DNA from: Acutalibacteraceae bacterium
GTDB lineage: Bacteria > Bacillota > Clostridia > Oscillospirales > Acutalibacteraceae
Assembly (NCBI GenBank): GCA_045643805.1
Contig: JAZRFT010000017.1
Span: 88,123 to 152,122 of the forward strand
Direction of reading: 5' to 3'
Length of the DNA: 64,000 bases
Both the position numbers and the translations under genes were made by a program. Shown in pieces: positions 1 through 9,260 of the stretch. Every line of letters starts with the position of its first letter. Within the stretch, counting starts at the first letter, position 1. The notes under the pieces were generated by a model. It did no database searches. It was not told the DNA's origin and worked only from the letters and a program-made list of their open reading frames with translations.

Positions 1-1
1 G

Positions 2-1282
2 CTCCTTGATGCTATCGTTTATTCAGCTCCCTCACCCGATAAGGCAGAGGCTGAAATTGCTACAACCGAGGATGGCGACGAAATCGAAATCGAATGCAAG
101 GCAGATGCTCCTCTTTCCGCAATCTGCTTCAAGACAATTGCTGACCCCTTCGTTGGTAAGATGTCCTTTGTAAAGGTGCTTGCAGGTAAGATTACTCACG
201 AAACTCCTGCCTTCAACACAAGAACAGGTGAAACTCAGAGAATGGGTAAGCTTGTTGCTGTTAACGGTATTAAGCAGGAAGACGTAAAGGAAATTGCAAC
301 CGGTGACATCGGTGTTATCACAAAGCTTTCAGGTCTTGCTACAGGTGATACTCTTTGCACAGCAAAGCAGCCCATCACCCTTGCAGGTATCGACTTCCCC
401 AAGCCCTCACTTTCAATGGCAGTTGTTGTTAAGAAGAAGGGTGAAGAGGATAAGGTTGCTTCAGGTCTTCGTAAGATTATGGCTGAAGATCCCACAGTTT
501 CATTCGTATCAAACGACGAAACAAAGGAAATGGTACTTTCAGGTCTTGGTGAACAGCACCTTGAGGTTGTTGTTTCCAAGCTTAAGGCAAAATACGGTGT
601 AGATATCGACCTCAAGATTCCCAAGGTTGCTTACAGAGAAACAATCCGTAAGAGCTGTCAGGTTCAGGGTCGTCACAAGAAGCAGTCAGGCGGTTCAGGT
701 CAGTTCGGTGATGTATTCATCCGCTTTGGGCCCCATACAGGCGACGAGCTTATTTTCGAAACAGACGTTGTCGGCGGCTCAGTTCCCAAGAACTTCTTCC
801 CCCCAGTTGAAAAGGGTCTTCAGGAAGCTATCCTCAAGGGTCCCCTTGCCGGTTATCCTATGGTAGGTCTTAAGGCTGTTCTTTATGACGGTTCATACCA
901 TCCCGTTGACTCAAACGAAATGGCATTCAAGACCGCTGCAAAGATTGCTTACAAGAACGGTATGGCTCAGGCTAACCCTGTAATTCTTGAGCCCATCGGT
1001 GAGCTTAAGGTTTATATGCCTGATGCTAACCTCGGTGATATCATGGGTGACATCACAAAGCGCCGCGGCCGTGTGCTTGGTATGGGCGCTGCTGATGAGC
1101 CTAAGATGCAGGAGCTTGTAGCAGAGGTTCCCATGGCTGAAATGGGTGACTTCTCAACAACACTCCGCTCAGTAACAGCAGGCAGAGGCTACTTCACTCT
1201 TGAGTTTGCGCGCTATGAGGATGCTCCCTCAATGGTTGCACAGAAGGTTATTGAAGAAGCTAAGAAGGATATGGAAGACTGA
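2..1282 (+). CDS. fusA: Elongation factor G family GTPase, C-terminal ~426 aa (5' end outside window)
   Basis: The frame is open from the window edge (LLDAIVYSAPSPDK...) into ORF 161..1282. EF-G-like stretches are present: ICFKTIADPFVGKMSFVKV, GLGEQHLEVVVSKLK, YHPVDSNEMAFKTAA, GDIMGDITKRRGRV. Confidence 0.85.
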   Translation, partial: LLDAIVYSAPSPDKAEAEIATTEDGDEIEIECKADAPLSAICFKTIADPFVGKMSFVKVLAGKITHETPAFNTRTGETQRMGKLVAVNGIKQEDVKEIATGDIGVITKLSGLATGDTLCTAKQPITLAGIDFPKPSLSMAVVVKKKGEEDKVASGLRKIMAEDPTVSFVSNDETKEMVLSGLGEQHLEVVVSKLKAKYGVDIDLKIPKVAYRETIRKSCQVQGRHKKQSGGSGQFGDVFIRFGPHTGDELIFETDVVGGSVPKNFFPPVEKGLQEAILKGPLAGYPMVGLKAVLYDGSYHPVDSNEMAFKTAAKIAYKNGMAQANPVILEPIGELKVYMPDANLGDIMGDITKRRGRVLGMGAADEPKMQELVAEVPMAEMGDFSTTLRSVTAGRGYFTLEFARYEDAPSMVAQKVIEEAKKDMED

Positions 1283-1360
1283 TAAAAATTCGGAACTCGG
1301 AATTCGGAATTACGCCCAATGTTTTAGTGGATGGAAAGTATCAGTCCGAAGAATAAAAGC

Positions 1361-1390
1361 AAATCCACAGAACAGTTGTTCTGTGGATTT
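1361..1390 (+). terminator. Stem-loop terminator after EF-G gene
   Basis: AAATCCACAGAAC-agtt-GTTCTGTGGATTT, a 13-bp perfect stem about 80 nt after the stop codon. Confidence 0.6.
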
Positions 1391-1410
1391 CTCAAAGGCA
1401 GGTTATTTAT

Positions 1411-1683
1411 ATGGATAATAAAAGCAGATTAAGTAAAACATTTTTTCTTATCTTCGTTGTATTTATGGTTCTTGCAACTGTATTGGTTTTTACGTCGATA
1501 CCGCATAAAGAGCTTATCATCATGATTATTGCAACTGTGTCGGTAGTTTCTTGTATAATTTCTAAGAGCCTCAGACCTAAAAACAGTTCAGTAGTAAAGC
1601 GCACTTTTAATATTTTGCATATTATATTTGTTCTTTTTGTGGTTGTGTTTATGTTTTTTATTACTATTACAAGGTTGTATTAA
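1411..1683 (+). CDS. Small hypothetical membrane protein (90 aa, 3 predicted TM segments)
   Basis: The ORF is flanked by terminators and the product is very hydrophobic. I recognise no family. Confidence 0.4.
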   Translation: MDNKSRLSKTFFLIFVVFMVLATVLVFTSIPHKELIIMIIATVSVVSCIISKSLRPKNSSVVKRTFNILHIIFVLFVVVFMFFITITRLY

Positions 1684-1706
1684 GAAGCAATTAAAATCAA
1701 TAACTA

Positions 1707-1736
1707 AAGCACAGGGGTTTAAATTCCCTGTGCTTT
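1707..1736 (+). terminator. Stem-loop terminator
   Basis: AAAGCACAGGG-(8 nt)-CCCTGTGCTTT. Confidence 0.6.
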
Positions 1737-1909
1737 AGTATATCTGCTTCTTATTATTGATAGTCACAGGGCGTTATCTTTTTATTAAAAGGCTCTTACA
1801 GAAATGAGAAGCATTTACGGAGAAGGTATCCCTTTTCCCCTTCACCCCCTCTTATTATCCAAATTTCATAAAATCTTCTAACAATATACACAAAATATAT
1901 ACTTATTCG

Positions 1910-1938
1910 TTGACATTTTTGTTGTAAAAGTATATTAT
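1910..1938 (+). promoter_or_regulatory. Sigma-A type promoter of hppA
   Basis: TTGACA, a 17-nt spacer, then TATTAT. A 5'-UTR hairpin follows (CACGGTG-8nt-CACCGTG, 1951..1972). Confidence 0.6.
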
Positions 1939-1995
1939 AGTACATTATAACACGGTGGGTTATTACACCGTGAATCCGTGAAAAGGAGAAAAATT

Positions 1996-4026
1996 ATGGA
2001 CAAGTTGATTTATGCCATTCCCTTTGTGGGTGTAATCGGTCTTATCTATGCTGTTTTTCTTGCAATAAGAATCGGCAGATATGACAAGGGCAACGAGAGA
2101 ATGAGAGAGATATCCGCCGCAATTCACGACGGCGCAAAGGCATTCCTTTTTGCTGAATATAAAATTCTTATTTATTTTATTATAGTGCTTTTTGTTGCGG
2201 TAGGCTTTGCCTTAAGCTGGCTTACAGCGGTAAGCTTTGTGCTCGGCGCGGTTTTCTCAATTATTGCAGGCTACTTCGGTATGAGCGTTGCAACAAAAAC
2301 AAACGTAAGAACAACTGCAGCTGCTATGAATAAGGGTATCCAGGGCGCCCTTCGTATTTCATTTTCGGGCGGCTCGGTTATGGGTATGAGCGTTGTAGGT
2401 CTTGGCCTTCTGGGTATTGCCGGTATTTACGCTCTTACAAAGGACACAAATGCACTTTTCGGCTTCAGCCTCGGTGCTTCATCAATTGCACTTTTTGCCC
2501 GTGTAGGCGGCGGTATTTACACAAAGGCCGCTGACGTCGGTGCTGGCCTTGTAGGTAAGGTTGAGGCAGGTATTCCCGAGGATGACCCACGTAACCCCGC
2601 AGTTATTGCCGATAACGTAGGTGATAATGTCGGTGACGTTGCAGGTATGGGTGCTGACCTTTTTGAAAGCTATGCCGGTGCAGTTATTTCTGCTATCACA
2701 CTTGGTGTTGCTTGCTTCAAGGGCAGTGAAACTCCGTTTTACGGTGCACTTTATCCGCTTCTTATTGCGGCAGTAGGCGTTTTTGCTTCTATGACAGGTA
2801 CACTTTTTGTACGTACCTTTAAGGCAGATCCTCATAAGTCACTTAAAACTGCAACTTATGTTGCTTCAGTTGTTGTGCTTATGACATCAATAATCTTAAG
2901 CTATGTGCTCTTTAACTCCTTTGGCTTTGCACTTGCTGTTATTTCAGGTGTTATAGTGGGTACGGCTATTGGTATGCTTACCGAGATTTATACCTCTGAC
3001 CATTATAAGGCAGTTAAAAAAATCGCAGAGCAGAGTGAAACCGGCTCGGCTACAAACATTATTTCAGGTATGGCAGTTGGTCTTAAATCAACAGCTTTCC
3101 CCATTATACTTATCTGTGTGGGTATTTTCGTTTCCTATGTATGCTGCAAGAGCGGCGGTGACGGAATGGGTATCTATGGCGTTGCTCTTGCCGCAGTAGG
3201 TATGCTTTCTACAACAGGTATCACCGTTGCGGTTGATGCTTACGGTCCCATTGCTGACAATGCCGGAGGGATTGCCGAAATGAGCGGTCTGGACCATTCG
3301 GTAAGAGAAATTACAGACAAGCTTGACTCCGTAGGTAATACAACTGCTGCTATGGGTAAGGGCTTTGCAATCGGCTCAGCCGCCCTTACCGCACTTGCTC
3401 TCTTCTTCTCTTATGCTGAATCCGTTAACCTTAAGGAAACAGGTATTGACCTTCTTAACTATCAGGTAGTTATCGGTCTTCTTATCGGCGGTGTGCTTCC
3501 CTTTGTGTTCTCCGCTTTCACAATGGAATCTGTAAGTAAAGCCGCTTACGAGATGATTGAAGAGGTACGCCGTCAGTTCAAGGAAATTCCCGGCATACTT
3601 GAAGGCACTGCAAAGCCTGACTACAAGACCTGCGTTGCAATTTCAACAAAGGCGGCGCTTAAGGAAATGATTATTCCCGGACTTCTTGCAGTTCTTACTC
3701 CCGTTATCGTCGGTGTCTTCCTCGGTGTTGCGGCTCTTGGCGGTCTGCTCGCAGGCTCACTTATTACGGGCGTGCTTCTTGCAATCTTTATGTCAAATTC
3801 AGGCGGTGCATGGGATAATGCCAAGAAGTTCATTGAAACCGGTACACACGGCGGTAAGGGCTCAACCTCTCATAAGGCGGCTGTTGTAGGTGACACCGTC
3901 GGTGACCCCTTCAAGGATACGTCCGGTCCTTCAATCAACATTCTTGTTAAGCTGATGAGTGTTGTTGCACTTGTGTTTGCTCCCTTGTTTATGATGATAA
4001 ATGCGGGACAGGGAATATTTATGTAA
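1996..4026 (+). CDS. hppA: Membrane-bound proton/sodium-translocating pyrophosphatase
   Basis: Start moved to the ATG at 1996, after the RBS AAAGGAGA. H+-PPase motifs are present ([64 protein letters not shown]) in a multi-TM protein. Confidence 0.95.
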   Translation: MDKLIYAIPFVGVIGLIYAVFLAIRIGRYDKGNERMREISAAIHDGAKAFLFAEYKILIYFIIVLFVAVGFALSWLTAVSFVLGAVFSIIAGYFGMSVATKTNVRTTAAAMNKGIQGALRISFSGGSVMGMSVVGLGLLGIAGIYALTKDTNALFGFSLGASSIALFARVGGGIYTKAADVGAGLVGKVEAGIPEDDPRNPAVIADNVGDNVGDVAGMGADLFESYAGAVISAITLGVACFKGSETPFYGALYPLLIAAVGVFASMTGTLFVRTFKADPHKSLKTATYVASVVVLMTSIILSYVLFNSFGFALAVISGVIVGTAIGMLTEIYTSDHYKAVKKIAEQSETGSATNIISGMAVGLKSTAFPIILICVGIFVSYVCCKSGGDGMGIYGVALAAVGMLSTTGITVAVDAYGPIADNAGGIAEMSGLDHSVREITDKLDSVGNTTAAMGKGFAIGSAALTALALFFSYAESVNLKETGIDLLNYQVVIGLLIGGVLPFVFSAFTMESVSKAAYEMIEEVRRQFKEIPGILEGTAKPDYKTCVAISTKAALKEMIIPGLLAVLTPVIVGVFLGVAALGGLLAGSLITGVLLAIFMSNSGGAWDNAKKFIETGTHGGKGSTSHKAAVVGDTVGDPFKDTSGPSINILVKLMSVVALVFAPLFMMINAGQGIFM

Positions 4027-4029
4027 AAA

Positions 4030-4081
4030 GTAAAGTTCTTTTGTTTCTTTTCTTCCAAGAAAAAAAGCCTTGCGGCGAGCG
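4030..4081 (+). repeat. Solo type-B REP-like unit
   Basis: GTAAAGTTCTTTTG plus an imperfect hairpin plus TTGCGGCGAGCG, starting 4 nt after the hppA stop. It matches units at 48644, 60116(rc), 26071(rc) and 48828(rc). Confidence 0.7.
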
Positions 4082-4095
4082 AAAAAACAAATATT

Positions 4096-4131
4096 ACACC
4101 GTTTTGGCTAGTAACCAAGGCGGTGTTTTTT
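4096..4131 (+). terminator. Rho-independent terminator of hppA
   Basis: CACCG...CGGTG stem with an inner TTGG/CCAA pairing, followed by TTTTTT. Confidence 0.7.
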
Positions 4132-4169
4132 GCTTTGAAAAATATTTTCATGTTTTTTATAAAAAACTG

Positions 4170-4200
4170 TTGACACTTACCTTAGGTAATAATATATGAT
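4170..4200 (+). promoter_or_regulatory. MerR-type promoter with 19-nt spacer and dyad operator
   Basis: TTGACA (4170..4175), a 19-nt spacer, then TATGAT (4195..4200). The perfect palindrome TTACCT-T-AGGTAA (4177..4189) lies inside the spacer. Confidence 0.6.
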
Positions 4201-4243
4201 ATAGACAGAAAACAGAAAAACAAGGCGAAAAGGAGGCGTTTTT

Positions 4244-5449
4244 ATGAAGATTAAAGAGGTTACGGAAAAAACCGACCTTACGGAAAGAGCGGTAAGGCTA
4301 TACATTGAAAACGGTCTTGTTGCGCCCAATGTCAATGAATCCTATTCGGGCAGACGTAACATCGACTTTTCCGACGAGGACGTGGAGAAGCTTAAAAGCA
4401 TTTCCGTTTTAAGAAAAGCGGGCTTTTCAATTGCACAGATTAAGCTGATGCAGCAGGAGCCCGAAAAAAGTAAAGAGGTTTTGCAGGAGTTTATTGCTGA
4501 CGTAAAAGAGAGAATTGAAACGGACAGTGAAATTGTTGCCTGCCTTACGCCCTTGCTTTCTCTTGAGGCTTTAAGCCCCGAGCAGATAAGCCGCAACCTT
4601 GAAAAGCCGGTTGTTGAAGAAAAGGCTATCCCGCCCGAGGACAGTGAGCCCTCTGTTTTGCAGAAGTTTATCCGAAAGCTGTTTTTTGGTCTGGGTGTTG
4701 CAGGGCTTATTTTTGCCGTTATCTGCTGTGCGCTGATTCTGCGTATTGAAATAAGGGATTGGATTCATTACCTTTACCCGCGTTATTTACCCCACCACGC
4801 ACATTATTTTCTTTGGTTTTTCGGGTCACTTCTGTTGCCTTTGCCCGTCATTCTGCTTAACAGAAAAAAGAGCTTGAGTACAAAGAAAAAGCAGAAAATA
4901 AAAACACTTGTTTCATTGGTGTTTTTATGCCTTTATGCCTGGTGCACGGTTTTCAATTATGTAAACGCCTTCCTTTCATTCTGGGGTTCTCACCCCGAAA
5001 GCTATGTTATATCATTCACCCAGAATACAGAAAACTATATGGTCTTTGATGCCGAAGGGGCAGAAAAGGCTCTTGCTGAATTTTTACCCGAAAAATTGCC
5101 CGATGTTGACGGATTAAAATACATATACCGTTATAAGGAATACGGTGTTTCTCATGAGCCGCCGACTACAAGAGTGTATATTGAAATTCCCCTTGAAGAA
5201 GAAGCCTTCTGCGAGACTGTGGAAAAATACAAGGCCTACCGCCCTTCAGACAGTACCTGTGAGCCCTTTGAAGAAAAGAAGGATGACTGGACGGTTATTT
5301 ACTACCGTGAGGATGATGAACACGCGCCGACAAACTATAATCCGGTTTTTGCCTTTAATGAAAAGACTAAAAAAGTGAGGCTCAGCTGTTATTACGGGCA
5401 GGTATCTAAGAAGGGTGCTAACAACAGCTTTGACAGCTCGGAGTGGTAA
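4244..5449 (+). CDS. MerR-family transcriptional regulator fused to 3 TM segments and a C-terminal domain
   Basis: The N-terminal HTH (MKIKEVTEKTDLTERAVRLYIENGLV) is typical of MerR. Three hydrophobic segments lie at about aa 155-250. A strong RBS AAAGGAGG precedes the start. Confidence 0.8.
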   Translation: MKIKEVTEKTDLTERAVRLYIENGLVAPNVNESYSGRRNIDFSDEDVEKLKSISVLRKAGFSIAQIKLMQQEPEKSKEVLQEFIADVKERIETDSEIVACLTPLLSLEALSPEQISRNLEKPVVEEKAIPPEDSEPSVLQKFIRKLFFGLGVAGLIFAVICCALILRIEIRDWIHYLYPRYLPHHAHYFLWFFGSLLLPLPVILLNRKKSLSTKKKQKIKTLVSLVFLCLYAWCTVFNYVNAFLSFWGSHPESYVISFTQNTENYMVFDAEGAEKALAEFLPEKLPDVDGLKYIYRYKEYGVSHEPPTTRVYIEIPLEEEAFCETVEKYKAYRPSDSTCEPFEEKKDDWTVIYYREDDEHAPTNYNPVFAFNEKTKKVRLSCYYGQVSKKGANNSFDSSEW

Positions 5450-5463
5450 AACGAAATAGCCTG

Positions 5464-5501
5464 AAGGGGCTGTAAAAACGATAAGTTTTTTACAGCCCCT
5501 T
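5464..5501 (+). terminator. Long stem-loop after the MerR gene
   Basis: AAGGGGCTGTAAAAA-(7 nt)-TTTTTACAGCCCCTT. Confidence 0.55.
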
Positions 5502-5686
5502 CCTTACTACCCACTACTTACTACTTTGTCACTCGCATCTGCGGACACGGCGTGCCGTGTTCTTACTCGGCCCTTTGGCCCTCCCCCTTCAAAAATGTAA
5601 ATTTCTTCCTTCCGTTGACAGAAAAGATAAAATTGTGCTATATTTACAATGTAAACTTTTGCATAAGAAAGGACGGAAAACGCCTT

Positions 5687-6838
5687 ATGAAAATAAGCAA
5701 CGACATTATATATATCGGTGTGAATGACACAAAAATTGACCTTTTCGAGGGTCAGTACAGGGTGCCTCACGGTATGAGCTATAACTCCTACGTTATCCTT
5801 GACGAAAAGATTGCCGTTATGGATACCGTTGATGCCGCCTTTACTGATGAGTGGCTCAGCAATCTTGAAAAGGCTCTTTCGGGCAGAAGTCCCGACTACC
5901 TTGTTGTTCAGCATATGGAGCCTGACCACAGTGCCAACATTGCCAATTTTCTGAAAAATTATCCTGAAGCAAAGGTTGTCTGCAATCAGAAAACAATAAA
6001 AATGATTGAGCAGTTTTTCGGTGAAGGCTACGAGAACAGGCGTGTTATAGTTGAAAACGGTGAAAGCCTTTCACTAGGCAGTCACACGCTTACCTTTGTT
6101 TTTGCTCCTATGGTGCATTGGCCCGAAGTTATGATGACCTATGACAGTAAGGATAAGGTGCTTTTTTCAGCTGATGCCTTTGGCCGCTTTGGTACGAGGG
6201 ATGCGGATATCACCTGGGATGATGAAGCAAGACGCTACTATATTGGTATTGTGGGCAAATACGGTGTGCAGGTACAGGCTGTGCTTAAAAAAGCGGCAGA
6301 GCTTGATATTGCCGTTATTGCACCTCTTCACGGATCCGTGTTAAAGGAGGACCTTGCACATTATATCGGCCTTTACGATATATGGTCATCCTATGCCATA
6401 GAGCAGGAGGGTGTTGTTATAGCCTATACCTCAATTTACGGTAACACAAAAAAGGCAGCAGAGCTTCTCAGAGACAAGCTTGTTTCCGACGGTGCAACTA
6501 AAGTGGTAATGCACGACCTTGCACGCTGTGATATGTCACTTGCGATTTCAGATGCATTTAGATACAGCAAGCTTGTTCTCGCGTCTACAACCTACAATGC
6601 AGGCATTTTTCCCTTTATGTGCGAGTTTATTCACGGCCTTGTTGAAAGAGGCTATAAAAACAGAACGGTTGCCTTTATTGAAAACGGCTCCTGGGCACCC
6701 GTTGCGGCAAAGAATATGAAGACTTTGCTTGAGGGATGTAAGAATCTCAGTTTTTGTGAAAATGTTGTTACGGTAAGGTCGGCTCTTGATGGCAGCTCGA
6801 GAGAGCAGCTTGACAGACTTTGCGGAGAATTGAGGTAA
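5687..6838 (+). CDS. Flavodiiron protein (FprA-type, metallo-beta-lactamase plus flavodoxin domains)
   Basis: Start moved to the ATG at 5687 (MKISNDIIYIGV...). The di-iron motif HMEPDHS (HxExDH) is present, and the C-terminal half is flavodoxin-like. A candidate promoter is TTGACA at 5615 with TATATT at 5639. Confidence 0.85.
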   Translation: MKISNDIIYIGVNDTKIDLFEGQYRVPHGMSYNSYVILDEKIAVMDTVDAAFTDEWLSNLEKALSGRSPDYLVVQHMEPDHSANIANFLKNYPEAKVVCNQKTIKMIEQFFGEGYENRRVIVENGESLSLGSHTLTFVFAPMVHWPEVMMTYDSKDKVLFSADAFGRFGTRDADITWDDEARRYYIGIVGKYGVQVQAVLKKAAELDIAVIAPLHGSVLKEDLAHYIGLYDIWSSYAIEQEGVVIAYTSIYGNTKKAAELLRDKLVSDGATKVVMHDLARCDMSLAISDAFRYSKLVLASTTYNAGIFPFMCEFIHGLVERGYKNRTVAFIENGSWAPVAAKNMKTLLEGCKNLSFCENVVTVRSALDGSSREQLDRLCGELR

Positions 6839-6844
6839 AAAATC

Positions 6845-6875
6845 AGGTCACGGAAAAAATTCCGTGACCTTTGTT
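6845..6875. terminator. Terminator hairpin (GTCACGGAA type)
   Basis: AGGTCACGGAA-aaaa-TTCCGTGACCT followed by TTGTT. The same stem sequence recurs at 25971 and 48721. Confidence 0.65.
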
Positions 6876-6954
6876 ATATCTGAGTTCTTGGCAACCTTAT
6901 CGGTCGGGGGAGTCTTGCTTTTAAAAAGGGCAAGCTGAGAAGGTTTGTTTTTAT

Positions 6955-7674
6955 TTAAAAGTTGCTGTCATCTGCAAGGATTCTTTCGAAAATATTTACA
7001 AGCAACTCCGTAAGGCAGCTTTCCTTTCTGTCGTTCATTTCGCGGTAATCCTCAACGGAGGTGTCATCAGCATCGTCGCTGATTTTTCTCAAGGAAAGCA
7101 TGGGAATGCCTGCCTTGTCGCAGACACTTGCAATTGCACCTGTTTCCATATCGAAGGACTGAATTGAGAAGGTTGTTTTGAAAAATTCCTTTTTATCTTT
7201 GTCTGAAAGGAAAATATCACCTGTACCGCAGGGTGCCTTGACAATGCCCTTGCTTTCGAGTGCATAGGCAAGAAGCTTTGCATCTGCAGGTAAGAGTGAT
7301 TTCTGTCCGTCACACTTCTGTCCGGGAGCATAGCCGATGGCTGTGAGGTCAAAGTCACATTCAATGTAGCTTTCACCTGCAATCATATCTTCTCTCTTAA
7401 GTCCTGAAACAGCACCTGAAAGTCCTGCATTGAGTATCATATCAGCCTTTTCAGTTGCGATAAGGTAAGCTGTTGCGGCGGCGGCATTAACCTTTCCTAT
7501 TCCGCATTTCACACCAACAATTTTTATGCTTCTTTCACCATCTGAAAGAATAACCTCTACGCTTTCGTTACCGAAAAGCATTTTTTCTGAAGCTGTGCTT
7601 TGTGTTTTTGCCCAATCGAGGAAGGGGGCATATTCCATGGAGTCGGCAAAAATTGCACCAACAGTAAGTGACAT
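6955..7674 (-). CDS. mtnN: 5'-methylthioadenosine/S-adenosylhomocysteine nucleosidase
   Basis: Start moved to MSLTVGAIFAD. PNP/UDP-1 family motifs are present (GIGKVNAAAATAYLI, FDMETGAIA). Confidence 0.8.
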   Translation of the reverse strand: MSLTVGAIFADSMEYAPFLDWAKTQSTASEKMLFGNESVEVILSDGERSIKIVGVKCGIGKVNAAAATAYLIATEKADMILNAGLSGAVSGLKREDMIAGESYIECDFDLTAIGYAPGQKCDGQKSLLPADAKLLAYALESKGIVKAPCGTGDIFLSDKDKKEFFKTTFSIQSFDMETGAIASVCDKAGIPMLSLRKISDDADDTSVEDYREMNDRKESCLTELLVNIFERILADDSNF

Positions 7675-7851
7675 TGTTAAACATCCTTTCAAATTTTCTT
7701 TTCGGCCTTCATTATATCTCAAAACCTTACTTTATGTCAACAATGGAGCAAATTCTTTTGTTTCAGGTGTTGCATAATGGAAATATATTTGTTATAATAA
7801 CAAAAAGAATGATAAAATTCTGTTAAGAGGCAACAGATATAAGGAGATGAC

Positions 7852-8226
7852 ATGAAAATGAAAATAAAAGGAAAGCTTATTATTCCCCTTGTCGCAATTA
7901 TTATTGCAATGTGTACTTTAGGTGCTACACCCGGTTTTGCAGGTGACACACAGCCCAACACTTCTGTGGAGGATTCATTTACATATGTGAAGCCCGAAAC
8001 AACAACAGCTGTTCCCCTTGAGGATCAGATCGCAGGATTTGTTTCCGGTGCTGTGGGTGACGAGCTTCAGAGTGCAGGTGACACCGTATTGGAAAAGGGC
8101 GGAATTATGAATAAGCTTCTTAACGCTTTCAAAAACATTCTTGAATCATTTGTCAGAATTTTTGAAAGAATCGGTCTTATGATGGGAAATAGTAACATTG
8201 AGCTTGGCGGCGGCTTGCTCGGTTAA
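7852..8226 (+). CDS. Small secreted hypothetical protein with C-terminal amphipathic helix
   Basis: The RBS is AAGGAGA. There is an N-terminal signal peptide (KLIIPLVAIIIAMCTLGATPGFAGD). The C-terminus is NKLLNAFKNILESFVRIFERIG. Confidence 0.5.
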   Translation: MKMKIKGKLIIPLVAIIIAMCTLGATPGFAGDTQPNTSVEDSFTYVKPETTTAVPLEDQIAGFVSGAVGDELQSAGDTVLEKGGIMNKLLNAFKNILESFVRIFERIGLMMGNSNIELGGGLLG

Positions 8227-8235
8227 AAAACAGAT

Positions 8236-8276
8236 AAAGCAGGTGTTCGGATTCGTTCCGCATACACCTGCTTTTT
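8236..8276. terminator. Bidirectional terminator between convergent genes
   Basis: AAAGCAGGTGT-(17 nt)-ACACCTGCTTTTT. Confidence 0.65.
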
Positions 8277-8280
8277 GGTT

Positions 8281-9246
8281 TCAGCTCATTGAATAAAAAA
8301 TATCAATATTTTTACTGCTGTATTCCATTTGCTTTGAGTAAAGAACAGCACTTTTTAAAAGTGACTCAAAGCTTTTTTTCTTGCCTGAATTGTAAAGGGC
8401 TGAAATAACTGTTACGGAAAATAGTGCAAATCTGATTTTTTCTGTAACACAGTAGTCGAAAACTGCGGTGAGGAAGTATCTCCACACAAAGTAAGCAAAA
8501 AGCCGTGTGAGATATTTTTCTTCATCTTCATCGGGCTTAAGTGCGATTGTCGAAGCCTTTAAATGCTCAAATTCATTAGTCCATTTTTCGTTTATAGGCT
8601 CGGTTTTTTCAAGAACAGCCAGGGCTTTTTGAAGCTCGTTGTTAAAATCAAAGGGTGAGATTTCTTCTTTTTCACAGTCGTTCAGTCTTGCTTCGGCTTC
8701 ACTGCAAAGGTCAAGTATACAGTCTGCCTTCTCTGTGAAGGAGAGCTTTTCTTCACAGAGAACATCGAAAATATTATCTCTTACCGTTAAAAGGAAGTGG
8801 TATGCATCCTCGTCAAAATCCTCGTCGGGTTCCTCATCAATCATACCTTCAAAGTAGTCCCCGAAGCCGTCCTCGGTTAAAATCAGTCTTGCACCTTCCT
8901 CACAGGAAAGTCCTATTCCGCCTTCCTTTTCGTTGCCGTACCATTCAAACCAACGGGGATGGTCGCGGCATATCTGACAAAGGGCGTTTTCACCAAGGTT
9001 TATTATAATGTCGCAAAGGTTGTTTTTGTTAAGGAAGGGACAACGTTCACCGTTGAGAATGAAAGAGGGCTCGTCACCGTCGGTTATATTTTCCTTGAGG
9101 CACCTGCCGAAGTCTCCGTCAATGCTTTTGTAAAAGCTGTCGGTTTCAGTATCGATGCATATTTCCCAACCGATACAGCAATTGTCGGCGCACTTGTCGG
9201 CGGTGCAGGTAAAATTATCGTAATAACAGGGTCTGCGGAAAAGCAT
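8281..9246 (-). CDS. FliB-like cysteine-rich protein (flagellin lysine-N-methylase family)
   Basis: The N-terminal pattern PCYYDNFTCTADKCADNCCIGWEICIDTETDSFY matches the FliB/YkgJ-type Cys motif (F.C....C.d.CC.GW.I..D..T) as I remember it. The RBS is AAGGAG. Confidence 0.55.
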   Translation of the reverse strand: MLFRRPCYYDNFTCTADKCADNCCIGWEICIDTETDSFYKSIDGDFGRCLKENITDGDEPSFILNGERCPFLNKNNLCDIIINLGENALCQICRDHPRWFEWYGNEKEGGIGLSCEEGARLILTEDGFGDYFEGMIDEEPDEDFDEDAYHFLLTVRDNIFDVLCEEKLSFTEKADCILDLCSEAEARLNDCEKEEISPFDFNNELQKALAVLEKTEPINEKWTNEFEHLKASTIALKPDEDEEKYLTRLFAYFVWRYFLTAVFDYCVTEKIRFALFSVTVISALYNSGKKKSFESLLKSAVLYSKQMEYSSKNIDIFYSMS

Positions 9247-9260
9247 AATGCAAGCTCCTT

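Noticed and set aside
235-624. 129-aa minus-strand ORF (and 294..602, 627..866 on the plus strand) inside the EF-G gene.
   Set aside because: These are shadow ORFs fully embedded in a strongly recognisable EF-G frame, with no RBS and low-complexity Ser/Pro/Leu-rich translations.
5596-5648. TGTAAAT / ATTTACA inverted pair bracketing the flavodiiron gene promoter as a possible operator.
   Set aside because: There are only 7 bp per arm, separated by about 40 nt of AT-rich DNA, so chance occurrence is likely. It does not match the Rex or PerR boxes I know.
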